Below, piece after piece: positions 1 through 12,300 of a stretch of 64,000 nucleotides of DNA. The stretch's first letter is position 1. Each line of letters opens with the position of its first letter. This DNA is from Cyanophora paradoxa CCMP329 (Eukaryota; Plantae; Glaucophyta), in NCBI GenBank assembly GCA_004431415.1, contig QPMI01000439.1:124001-188000 (forward strand). Reading direction: 5' to 3'. Made by a program: the position numbers and the translations under genes. The notes under the pieces are model-generated. The model worked only from the letters and a program-made list of their open reading frames with translations. It was not told the DNA's origin and ran no database searches.

Positions 1-902
1 AAGGGTGCGGGGCCGGAGCGCCGGCGCCGGGGCTCCCAGCGCGGGCTCCAGCTCGGAGGAGCACGGCTGGACGGCGTCTCCGTCGCCGTCGGCCGCGGCC
101 GGAGGGTGATCATGAGTGCTTGGGGCCGGCGGCCGCGGGACGGGCTCGGGGGAGACGAAGTCACGAGGGGTACCGCCGTTGACGTTAACGTTGGAGGGGT
201 CGGGGAATTCGAAGGCGCAAGGGCTCAGCACGTTTACTTGGGAGCGGGAGAGCGCGTTGACCAGCGCGGGCTCCGAAGCATTGCGGCGTATGCCTGCAGA
301 GGCTCATGATTAGCACTCTGAAAAGAAGCCCGATCGTGATTTGCATCGATGAAAACATTGTAAAGAGATGCTCTAGATATATTTATATCGATTGTCTGAG
401 AACCGAACTTCGCGTAATTATAATGTGTAATTATAAGGGGGTACTGTGTAAGGGAAATGTGTCGGGTGCTGTAACGTGTGTAACGGTAGTTCTTTTTTTT
501 GGGGGGGGGGCGGGCGGGCAGGGGGATGGGCGGGCGGGGTGGGGGAGGGGATGGGGGGGGGGGGGGGGGGGGCGGGACAGGGAGGAGGGGGAGGAGGAGG
601 AGGGGGGGGGGGGGACGGTCACCGCGGAAGTAGGGGGCCGGGGAGCAGGCGGCGACGAGGCGCGCGACGGACTCCGGGAGGTCCTTTTCGCTCGAAGCCG
701 CCTCGGGGCCGGCCAGGTAGAGGCCTAGGGCCCGCCTCGCCGCCGCCCTGGGCGCCGGCACGAAACCGAAATCCCGGGGGGACGCGGCCGCGGCCGGCTG
801 CAGCCTGGCGAGACCGCCGGCTCCAAAGTTGCCGGCGGCGGCGCCGGCGGGTCGCCACGAACTCACAGCTGCAGGGCGAGCGGCGTGGAGGCTTGGGAGC
901 AT
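1..902 (-). CDS. Hypothetical protein, 5' part (2 exons visible, runs off the window start)
   Basis: ATG at 902 (MLPSLHAARPAAVSSW...), GT donor near 622, CAG acceptor near 294. The second exon is open to position 1 (IRRNASEPALVNALSRSQ...). No recognisable domain. Confidence 0.45.
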
Positions 903-2403
903 TTGGGAGGTCGACGGGCCGCCCCCGATCGCGGCGTCGCGGCGAATCGGTCCTAGGGCGTGATCGTGATCGTAAGTGGCCGCGCATGCTGTATTATACA
1001 TCTATATATAAATCTCGATGTGCATATACGCGTGGGAGGCCTAGGCGGATCGTCGGATCGATATCCCGGCGCGGGCCGCGCGGGGGCCGCGGGCCGCGGC
1101 CGGGGGCCGCGGCTGCCGCAGTGTGCGGTTACTTACCGGAGAGCACTTCCATCGCAAGCTTACGTCGACGTCGCGTTCACTCTCCGAAGACGACTCGACG
1201 CCGACTCACCCTAGGCCTCCGGTCCGGACCAGGCTCCGGTCCGGACTCCGGACTCAGTGACTAGCTTAGAAGTACTCAGGACTCCAAAGCTCGCCCGTAC
1301 GACTCGGCGAATTTCAGACCTTGCTTGAACAGTAAACTGAGCAGCGCACGCGCAAGCTTTGCAAGCGCGCGCTGCTGAGGGCTGAAGGCCCGGCCGTCGG
1401 GCTGAAGGGCGACTTCACGAACGCTCCGGTCCGCGACGTCAATCGGTCGGCCAGATGCTACACAGCCTACACTAGTATACGTACGTAATTTATAAACGTA
1501 TACTGTGATCATGCATATGATTGACATGCACACTACAATTTCGCAGCAGCATGCAGCCGCTGAACTGCCGCGCTGAACTCCGGGAGATCTAGAGTCGACT
1601 ATGCCGGCACGGTAGTACTACGGTAGCGGACCACTAGCGGCCGGCTGCGGTCCTCGAGTCGCGATCGATCGCGAGGACCTCGAGCTCGCCGAGTCGACTC
1701 CGAGGCTCCCGGTTCAGAGTCTTGGACTGGAGAGTCAGCTGCAGTGGAGACTGGAGACTGGAGTCACTGGACCAGTGGACCCGGACTCCCGGAGACTCCC
1801 GGGCCCGGCCGGAGGCCCGGAGACTGGGCCGGAGGCCCGGAGGGCCGGAGACTGGGTCGGAGTCCTCGCGCGCGGACTCGCGATCGCGATTCCGAAGTTC
1901 GGCGATCGTATTTCGCGCCTCCGACTCTCAGGCTCCGAGCCTCGGAGTCCGACTCTCAGTACACATGTACACTGTGATCCGATGATCATGACTCATGAGT
2001 CATGACAAACATTGACAATACGTACGTATACGTACCGTAACTAGTAAGTTCCGTAACCTGGCCTAGGCCCAATGCAGAGCGCAGGCAACTTAAGCTTGCA
2101 ATATTAATCGCAAGTATCTGACTCAACGGTTCACACTACTTGACCCTTCAGCGGGCCGGGGCCGCGCGCCGGCCGGCCGCGATTCCCGCGAACTTCGGAA
2201 GCCACTTCGAATTCAAGCCAGTTCATGATCAAGCCACTGGCCCACAGTGGGCCCCTGTGACTGGGGTGACTACCGGTAGGCGACGTGCCACGGTTCGTCG
2301 GTTCCACGTGCACGTGCACGGTGTTTTGAATTTGGGCCGGCGGCCTTTCAGGACAAAAGGTCATGATCATCATGCAAAAAGTCCGTTCAAACGAGCCTTC
2401 GAA

Positions 2404-2644
2404 CACAGCTCGTTTTTTTTACCGGTCGACCCAACACGGCCAAATATCCGGTTTCGTTAAATTCCCCTCGGGTTTTCGGAATTCCCCGGCTTTAGCTAGT
2501 GCAATCTACCCGGTAGCATGCCGGCTACAAGCTGTTGCGAGGAGACTAGCCGTTTTGCGGCGGGTGAAAAGTTATCGCGATCGCCGGCTACCCTTGCCCA
2601 TATCCGGGCCGTGTTGGGTCGATTAGGAAAAAAAACGAGCTGTG
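2404..2644. mobile_element. 241-bp MITE, CACTA/EnSpm-like
   Basis: 38-bp terminal inverted repeats: CACAGCTCG-T8-ACCGGTCGACCCAACACGGCC (2404-2441) vs the reverse complement of 2607-2644, 4 mismatches. Flanked by a 3-bp direct repeat GAA (2401-2403, 2645-2647). No ORF. Confidence 0.8.
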
Positions 2645-4580
2645 GAATATTTTTTCAAGGCTTTTTTTGAACTCGCCTTTTCGGAGAGAAAAACAAACAA
2701 GTTTTCCCGAGTCCGGCCGGCGCCGCCGCGCCGGGCCGCCGCCGGCCCGCCGGCCCAAAGATCCGGGTCCCGTGCAAGCCTCGCGCGCGAATCAGAGTGC
2801 TAGTAGCCGCTAATAGCGATCGATAGCTATAGATCGATCATCGAGGCCCAGCTGCGGGGGTACGCGTCATGATCAGAGAGAAAGGGAGGGACTCTCCGGG
2901 AGGGGGGAAGAGAGGAGCGAGTCGGAGCAAAGCCGCAGGGGGCTATATATAGCTCGGGTCGGGATTCAGGATTCGGGATTCGGCCCATTCGGGAGTCGGG
3001 ACGTCGACTCGGGGCGTACTAGTCGCCGAGTCGGGGGCCTCGGGACTCGGGAGTCGGGAGTTGGACTCCGGAATCTGGTACCCCGGTATCCGGAAATTGG
3101 TCCGGAAACTGATTCCGGCCTGGGAATGGCACGAACTGGCCCACGCGCGCGCCGGGCCGCCGATCATGATCATCGGATCATCCGGGATCACGATTCACGA
3201 GCCGCCGCGCCGGGGCCAGGGGCGGCGGGGCCCCCGCGGCCGGGGCCCGGACTCCGGATCCGGATCCCCGTCGAGTACCCGTCGACTCGGCGACTCCGAT
3301 CCCCGGCCCGAGCCGGGCCCCAGGCGCCCAGCCCCAGGGCCTCAGCTTTGTTTGGAGTCCGGAGTTTGGACCCGCGGCGGGATCCGGATTTTTCAACTTG
3401 GCATATGCATGCGCAACGTTAACGTTTGTAACCCGCGGCCGATCACTGAGTCATGATCATTAAATTAAAGATCAGCCTAGCTGTCATTATCGATATCGTG
3501 TACGCAGTGCAATTTGCAAGATTGCAACCCCCTTCCTGCTACGTGCGAGTGGAGGGACTGCCAGGCTGGACCAATCCGAGCATATATATGATCTAAATCT
3601 TATCCGCAGCTGTTCGATCTTGTAGCTTGCTGTGCTTGCGACTCTCTAGGTTGCGACTCGCGAGTCAAGTTGCGACGATCTACAATTCCAGATCGATATC
3701 CTACCGTACTACATCGCTGAAGCCACTCAGGGACTTCGCTCTTGATTAAAGCTGGCGCACAAAAGCCGTATTAAATAAAATCACGATTAATCGTCAGATA
3801 ATCAAGATATCGATCAGATTGATTCCGAAGTTCACGGTCTGACTCTCTCGGACCCCGGATCGATGAGTTGCCAGCACCCGGTACCCGGACCAGCTTATGC
3901 AGTCTTTGATCATCTTAATTATATAGAATTTGGAGACAAGCTAGCCCATTTTTGAAAAAGCACTCGGATTTGATTCGAATACACATTTCAGTCACCTATA
4001 GAAGTCATTGACGGGCTGACTCGTGCCGGCAGTAAAACATGAAGCTTCAGGACTCTGGGCAATCACATTACAGAAATCGAATCAATACCGGGACTTGAAG
4101 CCTCCCAAATTCAGAGCCCCAAGTAAAGCCGAAGCAATGACATACATGCTGCTCTGCAACTTGGCATAGTCCCTTCAAATTCGGGGCCGGGGGATGCAAC
4201 AACGGATCTAGAACGAACGCTCTGCACACTGACTGCAAAACATCGGCTGGCCCGGGACGGGCAGATGCAGCTACAAGAACCTGTCTACCAGAAAACAACT
4301 GCGTCGACGTCACTGAGTACTAGTCGCTAGTCGCTTGATAATTGTACAATAAGTTTAATGGAGCCCGACGGGCTTCACACAAGAATTCAAAAGGCTGCTG
4401 CTGTTAGAAGTGGGAAACAACGAACTCTACATGGGGCAACGCGTACCCTGGGGCCCCGCGCGCGCCGTCGTGCCTCACACTAACTGCCCTTCACTGCTCG
4501 GGGCCAGCGGCGGCGCGGGGCGGGGTCGACATCTGGGGCCCTGCCCTGCCCCGCCCTTCGACCCGGGCGCCCTCGGGGCC

Positions 4581-4640
4581 TCACTGCTGCCCCTGGACCT
4601 TGGAGAGGTTCAGCCCCGGCACTCCGGCCCTGAGGGTAGA

Positions 4641-4673
<33 letters not shown>

Positions 4674-6267
4674 AGGTCAGTCGGGCTGGGGGTACGACGT
4701 CGAATTGCGGTTCGATTCGGGTGCGGGGTAGGGCGGCCGCACCGGCCCGCCCCGGCGGAGCTGCCGGAGCTGGAGCGCGGGGTCGTGTTGCCCACGCCGC
4801 CCGCCCCGGGGGGAACCGGCGTGCCGGCGCCGTGCGTGTGCACGCCTGAGCGACAGCGTGTGAGACGCCGCGGAGGGTTGGGGTTGGGGGTTGGGGGTTG
4901 GGGGGGGGGGGGGGAGGGGGGCGCAAAAAGATGGAACAAGGAGGAGGAAGGAGCCCATGCGATTCATCTCTCTCCCATATAACATATGAAGACCGAGAAT
5001 CCGGCGAGAGGGACGGCTAATATATAAGAAGCGGACGCTTTTTCACTTCAGGCCTCTAGTAGATCGGTCTCTCTCTCATACAATTCCGGTCGGGGCGGGC
5101 GGGCACTGGTGAAGTGGGCATGGCAGGTGCAGGAGCAGGTCTTAGATAAGTCTTATATAGTCTTTAAAGACCTCTTAAAAGCCTTTACAGTCTTTAGAGG
5201 CCTTGTAAAGGCAACATCCAAGAGGCGGCAATTCGACTCTAGCTCTCTTGCTCTGGATCTCTCTCGCACCGGTGAAGTGGGCGTGGCAGGTGCAGGAGCA
5301 GGGGACGACGACGGAGACGGGGAAGGAGAGGGGCCCGAAGCCAGTCTTCGACACCGCCTGCGCCCCCGCCAAGGGAGAAAGAGAGGCCGAGTCAGCCGGC
5401 GCCAAGAGAAGGTCCGTCCGGGCAGGCGGGCGGAGCGCCGGGCACCGGGCGCGAGCGCTATTTGCCACGAGTATTACTGGCTCTAGATCTGGCTTTGCTT
5501 CCCAACTACGCTCATCGCGCTGCCCCGGCACGGCCTCGCGCTCCACTAGCGCCCCGGCCTTGAAGGCCTATCTACCTGTCTAAGCCCTGTCTAAGCCCTG
5601 TCTAAGCTCTCGTCCTATCCGTCCAAGTCCTTCTGAGCCCGCTCTCCGCTCTCCGCTCGCCACACGCGCACCTGGACGGCGATGGCGTAGGGGACGCCGG
5701 TCTGGAGGGCGCTCGTCTTGAAGCGGACGGGGCCCTCGTCCCCCGTCGGCAGGCACTCCCCGACCTGAAGTGAGAAGGCTGTGAGTAGGGGAAGGGCAGG
5801 GCCTCTTGAGCGATCGAAGAGCGGGGCGCTTGCAGCGGACCTTGCGCCCGTTCGCGTGCACCACGTACTGCACAAAGGTGACGATCAGACCGGCATCTCG
5901 GAAGAGGGGTGGGTGCAGGAGCGGCGGGGCGGGGCGGGGCGGGGCGAGGGCGGGGCGGGGCGGGCGGACGGACGGAGGTGATGGCCTCTAAGAACTCTAA
6001 GTGGAGTCTACTATTATCTATTTCTATTATCTACTCAGAACCCTAAGCATTTAGTGAGGTTCGGGGGCGGGGAGGGGCGGGGGCGGACGGAGGTTTCCCG
6101 GCGGGGAACCTAAGCTAGATCCTCCCCTAGTGCCTCAAGGCGGGGCTAGGTTCTGGGGCGGGGCGGGGCGGGGGCGGGGGCGGGCGGACGGAGGTGATGG
6201 CGGCGGCGGCGCCCTTGTTGATGTCGAAGCCCTTCGAGGGCGACCGCATCAGCTTCGCCGAGTTCTG

Positions 6268-6302
<35 letters not shown>

Positions 6303-9300
6303 CGCGTCAGCGGCGGCGGCGGCGGAGCGATTAAGGCGTTCAAGCCTAAGCTTTCTAACCCTGGCTAAGGGCGCGAAAAGAGGGCCGGGGGTGGGGGGCG
6401 GGGGCGGGGGGGGGGAAGGGGGGAGGGGGGAGGGGGGGGCGGGGCGGCGGGGCGGACCTGGCTCTCGGCGGGGGCCTCCCACTCGAGGGTGACGCCGGCC
6501 GACGTGAGCTCCGCGACGCGCAGGTCGACGGGCGCCCCGGGGATCCCCGACGGGATCTGACAAAGAGGAGAGAGAGAGAGGGAGAAGGTTAAAGGAAATC
6601 GAGGACGTGGATCGAATTGTAATTTGATCGCACCTTGACGAAGACGGGGGAGGTGGCCTGGCCGGGCCCCATGTCGTTCACCGACTGCACCGTGAACGCG
6701 TACGCCTGCGGCGAAAAAGCAAACGGAGCAGAGCTGAGCTAAGAGCGGCGGGGGGGGGGGGGGGGGGGGGGGCGGGGGGAGGAGGGGGGGGGGAAGCGCA
6801 CGCTGCCGGCGTCGAGGCCGGTCGCGCGGTAGCGGTACGCGGGGCCGCCGTCCTCGTACAGCACCTCGCCGACCTGGGGGGGGAAGAAGTCAGCTCAGGT
6901 GAGGCCCGGGGGCGCCTTGTAAATTAAACTGAGATGGCTTCGATGCTGCAAACTCGAGCAAGCTTCGAAGCCTAAACTCGTTGTTCCTATCTCTCCTATC
7001 CTAAACTTGATAGATAAGAGCAGAGCACAATCTCTTATATATAATTATATACTGATCGGGATATTCTATAATCAAAGCGCGCCTTCTTGCCGTTGGCGAG
7101 GACGTCGTAGTGGGTCGGGGCGGGGGCGTCCTCCTCGATGGGGGCGCGCCACTCCAGGTCCGCCGACCAGCACGTCACGTCCACAAGCTGAGGGGAGGAA
7201 GGGCGCGGGGGCGTCAGCGCTAGATCAGCTCAAGCTCAAAAACGGTGTAGAAGATAAGCTATAGGGGGACGGGGCGGGGCGGGGCGGGCACGGGCGAAGC
7301 ATGAAAAGTGTAAAGCTAGACAAGAACTCCGAGTAGACGGGCGAGTCTTAAGCTCTATGAGCGTCTGAGCGTCCGAGGCGGGATGGGATGGCGGACCTTG
7401 AGGTCGAGGGGCTGGCCGGGGAGGCCCGTCGGGATGACGACGCACGCCGGCAGCGAGTGCGGCCCGGGGCCGCCCCGCCCCACCGCCTGCGCCCGCGCCC
7501 CGCGAGGGAGGGCGTCAGGGCGGGGGCGCGAGGGCGGGGCGTAATCGTGTGGACGATCTCAAGATCTTAGGATATCCTAAGAATAAGATTACTATAATCT
7601 CTTAAGAACGCGATGGGGCGGGCGGGCCTGGACGGTGAAGCTGTGGGGCAGGCCGCTCTCGAGGCCGTCCGCGATGAACTGGATCTTGGCCGTGCTCCCC
7701 GGCGCCGTCGGCACCTGACGGATCACAGCGGGGTGAGGTGAGGTGAGGCGTGGTGCGAGAGAAGGATCTAGAGAGATAATAAGATATTGATCAGTTAGCA
7801 AGCAAGCTTAGATAGATGGCGAGGCGATGAGCGAGGCGAGGCGAGGCGAGGTGCGAAACAAGGAGAGAGAGAGAGAGAGAGAGAAAGATGTTGAGATATT
7901 GATTAGCAAGCAAGCAAGCTTAGGCAAGCTTAAAAGAAAGCAAGAAGGGAGGAAGGAGGGGAAGGGGGCGGCGGCACCTCGCCGACGGGCTTGCCGTTGG
8001 CGTGGACGATGTAGGAGAGGACGGGCGTGTCGAGGGCGCCGTCGCCGGCCGCCGGCGGCAACCACTCGAGCGTCGCCTCGCCTGCCGCGGGGGGGCGGCT
8101 CCAAGGTCAGGGGGTTCTACCCATAAAGACGCGGGCGGCGCCTCCAAAGAAACCTATACGGGTTCTAGCAGGCAGCTCCAAGGTCAGGCAGGGGGCGGGC
8201 GGGCGGGCGGCGGAGGGCGGGGCCGGGCGGCAGCGGGGAAGGGAAGAAACAAGGAAAACGTACAGCTCGCAGCAGAACCTACGCAAGCTATAGAAAGAAG
8301 CCGCCTGCTAATTATATACATATGTTCTTTAGGTATAGGCGGCTTCTAGGTTTCTAAGCTCCCGGTTCGCCTACCGCCGGCAGCTCCAAGGTCAGGCAGG
8401 GAGCGGGCGGCGGGTTTCTTTGGAGGCGGCGTGCTTCTAGTAAACGTTAAAAGTTTCTTTGGAGGCTTCTTTGAGGCGGCTCGCTTCTAGGAGAAAGGTG
8501 GCCTTGTTGCTAGAGGCTAGTAGGTTTCTTCTAGAGGCGTTGCACAACGCTGCAATGGGGGGCCCCCCTAGAGGGGCGGGCGGCGGAGGGCGGGGCCGGG
8601 CGGTAGCGGGAAAGGGAAGAAACAACTTAAAAGAAATACTGCCACGGCTTAGCTAGGGCGGCGGAGGGCGGGGCGGTGGCAGAAGCAGGGATCTAGCCCC
8701 CTTAAAGGATGGCCAGCGCTGCGCGCTGGCCGCGGGATCTAGCCGCCTCCAAAGAATCCTACACTGGCTCTAGCCTCCAAGCGCAATGCGGCACGCACCG
8801 GGGGCGACGTGGGGGGCGCGGAGGGCGGCGGGGGCCCCGGGGATCTAGCCGGCTACAGGAAACCTAGAAACCTAGAAGCCGCCTATACCCTCTGCAAAGA
8901 AACAAGCCTATACCTAGAATCAGATCTATGGAAACAAGCCGTCTGCAAAGCAGAACCCTATCTGGCGTCCCGTCCTGATTAAATGTTCTCTTCGCAGCGC
9001 ACGCACCGGGGGCGACGTGGACGGCGTGGAGGGCGGTGGGCGCCCCGGGGATGTCCGCGGGGGTCGTGATGCACGCCGGCGTCGAGAGGGGGCCGGCCCC
9101 CTCCTTCCCCACCGCCCGCACCTGCACGCGAGCGAGCGAGCAAGCGAGCAAGTCAGAAGTTAGAGGCGTGGCGCTAGTTTGAGGGGGGCCGCCCGCGCCT
9201 GGATGAAGTAGGGCTTGCCGCCCTCCAGGCCCCCGGCCGTGTGCTCCAGGCGGCGGCCGGGCGCGCCGGCCGGCACCTCGCCCACCTTCTCCCCGTTGAC

Positions 9301-12300
9301 GAGCACTGCGCGAAGACAGACGGACGTCAGCTCAGCAGGCGAGGCTCGTCTTATCATGTTTAGAATCTAGGATTGAAGTCTTATATATCTTAATGTATCA
9401 AGGGTCTAATGGCTGAGCGGACCGTCGTAGTGGTCAACGTCGGCGCCGTCGCCGGCGTGCGAGGGCTTCGGGGCCTCCCACGAGACGGTCGCCGAGCTGG
9501 GCGTCACCTCCTCCACCCGCAGGCCCTGCAGCCGCCGGGGCGGGAGGAGAGAGTTTCAGCATCCGACTAGCGTGCAGGCGGGCGCCGGGGCGCGGGGGCG
9601 GGTGGGCGGCAGAGTTTTACTGTGTGCGCCTAGCGAAGAGGAGGACGGGGGGGGGGGGGGGGGGAGCTTTGTTTCAGCGTCTTCTTTGCTTTGCTTTGCG
9701 CGTCCATAGTCCATAGACGCGCGTCCTAGCGTTTGGCGTAGTTTGGCGTCCATAGTTTAGTAGTTTAGTAGTTTTAAGTTTAGTTTAGTTTAGTAGTAGT
9801 AGTAATGTGTGCATCTTTCGTAGTTTAGTTTGTATGTAGTTTGGAGTCCCTCGCACCTTGGGGGCCCCCGGCACGGAGGGCGGCGTGCTGACGGCGACGG
9901 GCGTCGACAGCGGGCCGGCCCCCTGCTTCGTCACCGCCTGCGGGGACGGGTCAGGAGGCAGGCTCAGGCGACGAGGACGAGGGAGGGGAAGGCTCAGGTG
10001 AGGATGACGGGGGCGCCGGCACGCTTAGGAAGGGGGTACGGTGCTTAGAAAGAAAGGGGGGTACGCCGCGCACGCGGACGGCGAAGGCGTAGAGCTTGGC
10101 GGGCTCGAGGCCGCCGGCGCGGTAGCGGACGGGGCCCGTCCCCGCGGGGCCCGGCACCGTCGCCACCTTCTTCTCGCCCTGCGCGCGATACAGAGAGGGA
10201 GGAGCGCGTAAGACGAAGGACGAGGAAGAGGAGGAAGGCGTCGACCCCACAACAGCAACAACATGTACTATACTATACTATACATACATACAGGCGGACC
10301 TGGACGAGCTCGTAGGAGAGGACGGGGGGGCAGGCGGCCGCCTGGTCCGGCTCGTTGGCCGCCCCCGGCGCCGCCCACTCCAGCATCGCAGACCTGCGGC
10401 GGGGGGGCGGGGGCGGGGGCGCCTCAGGCGGACGCCTTAGGTGGTCGGGTTGGGGATGGTGGCGCACGTGGGGGTGACGTCCGTCGCCCGCAGGCCCGTC
10501 GGCGCCGCCGGCCGCATCCGCTGCGCGGGCGCGCCGTCAGACAGACAGAGAGGGCTCGGAAAGCGTTAAGAGAACTAAGGAAAGCTGAGAAAGCGTGAAG
10601 TAGAACGTGGAGGTCAAGAACTTCGAAGGATCGAGGCGATCTCGGCGCGGAGCTAATCTAAGAATCTAATCTAAGAATCTAATCTCGGGGGGCGGACGGA
10701 CCGAGGCGATCTCGGCGCGGAGCTGGTCGACGAGGTCGCGGAGCTCGGCGAGCTCGCGCTCCTTCTCCGCCAGCACCTCCCGCAGCGACGCGATCGTCGC
10801 GTCGTCCGCGTCCGACTGCGCGTGGTTAGGACTAAGCGGCTGAGCGGGGTGGGCGCGAGCCTAGACCGAAGCCCAGTTTGGGCGTTCTAGGCGAGCGCTC
10901 TAGAGCCGGGCCGAGAAGCAGCGGGGGCAACGGAGACGCCGTCCGGTCAGGGCGGGGCGGAGCGGAGCGACCGTCGCAGAGCCCGGGGGGAGGCGGGTCC
11001 GAAGGGGAGGGGAGGGGAGGCGAGCTCTAAGCCCAGCCCTAGACTCGAGGACTCTAGGCCTGGCGCCTCTACGCCTCAGCTCCGTCAGCGGACCTTGATG
11101 CGGAGGCGGGCGACCTCTAAGCCTCTTACGCGGAGGGCCCGCGTCTATGGGGTATCTGTAAGAAGGACGGGAGGGGCTCTCTTGAGCCTTCATCCGGGAC
11201 CGCTCCGGGGCCGGGCCGCGGGCCAGGCTCTCTAAGCTGCTCGCCTGGCGCCTCTGACCTTGATGCTCTAGATCTAGGGCCGGACCTCGAGAGGGGCGGG
11301 AACCCAGGCCTCTAAGAAGACTACTAGAACCAGGCCTCTAAGAAGACTACTAATCTAAGCTCGGCCCTAGACTCTAAGCCTCTAAGCCTCAGCCTGGGCG
11401 GACCTTGATGCGGAGGCGGGCGACCTCGGCCTCGAGCTCGGCGATGCGGTCGCAGAGCTCCCGCAGCACCAGCAGCAGCGCCACCACCACCTAAGGGGGA
11501 AGGGGGCCGCAGGTCAGCGGAGGGGCGGGGGAGCCGGGCTCCTACAGGCGCGAACGCGGGCGCATCGTAGTCTTCAAGCTTCTAATTTTCTAGAGGCCTC
11601 TCCACTGAGCCGGCGACCATCTTCTAGCTTCTAAGCGGGGGGCGCTCCAATCTTTATCTATTATCTTCTATCATAAGGAAAGGCTCGAAACTAAACGACA
11701 GCCTCCTTGAGTCTTCACTGACCTACACGCTTAGCTTCAAGCTTCTAAAGGCCTCTCCACCGACCTCCTTGCCGGCGACTAATCTTCAATCTAATCCTCA
11801 AGCGCTCTAATCATTAAATCTTAAAGAGCTCAAGATTGAATCTTTGTCTAGTATCTTCTAATGTAAGAAAAGGCTCTTGGGCCTTGACTGACCTCCTTGC
11901 CGGCGACCATCTTAAAGGGCTCGAAACTTATAAGGAAAAGGCTCGAAACTAAACGACAGCTAATCTTTGTCTATTATCTTCTATCATAAGAAAAGGCTCG
12001 AAACTAAACCTTCAAGCTCGTTTGGATTCTAGATCTTGACTGACCTCCTTGCCAGCGACCATCTTCTCGAGCATCTTGAAGGCGCCCATCGCGCGGGCCT
12101 TCTTCGCCCGCATCCCCGCCTCCTTGCCCGAGGGCGTCCCCACGTCCAGGCCCTGCCCGAGGGGGGGAGGGAGGTCAGGTTAAAAGAGAGGGAGGAGCGA
12201 GGCTCGCGCTAGGGGGGCCTAAGGGAGGGCGGCCTGTAGGCCGCTCCTCTCTGCCCCGCTCCGCTCTGCGCGGCGCGGCGCGGCGGCGCACCTGCTCAGC

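Noticed and set aside
3480-4400. Lower-GC island as a transposon or gene remnant
   Set aside because: No recognisable ORF, termini or motif; left unannotated.
4875-4920. GGGTT-type repeats as a telomere seed
   Set aside because: Irregular, short and part of the poly-C intron texture seen throughout.
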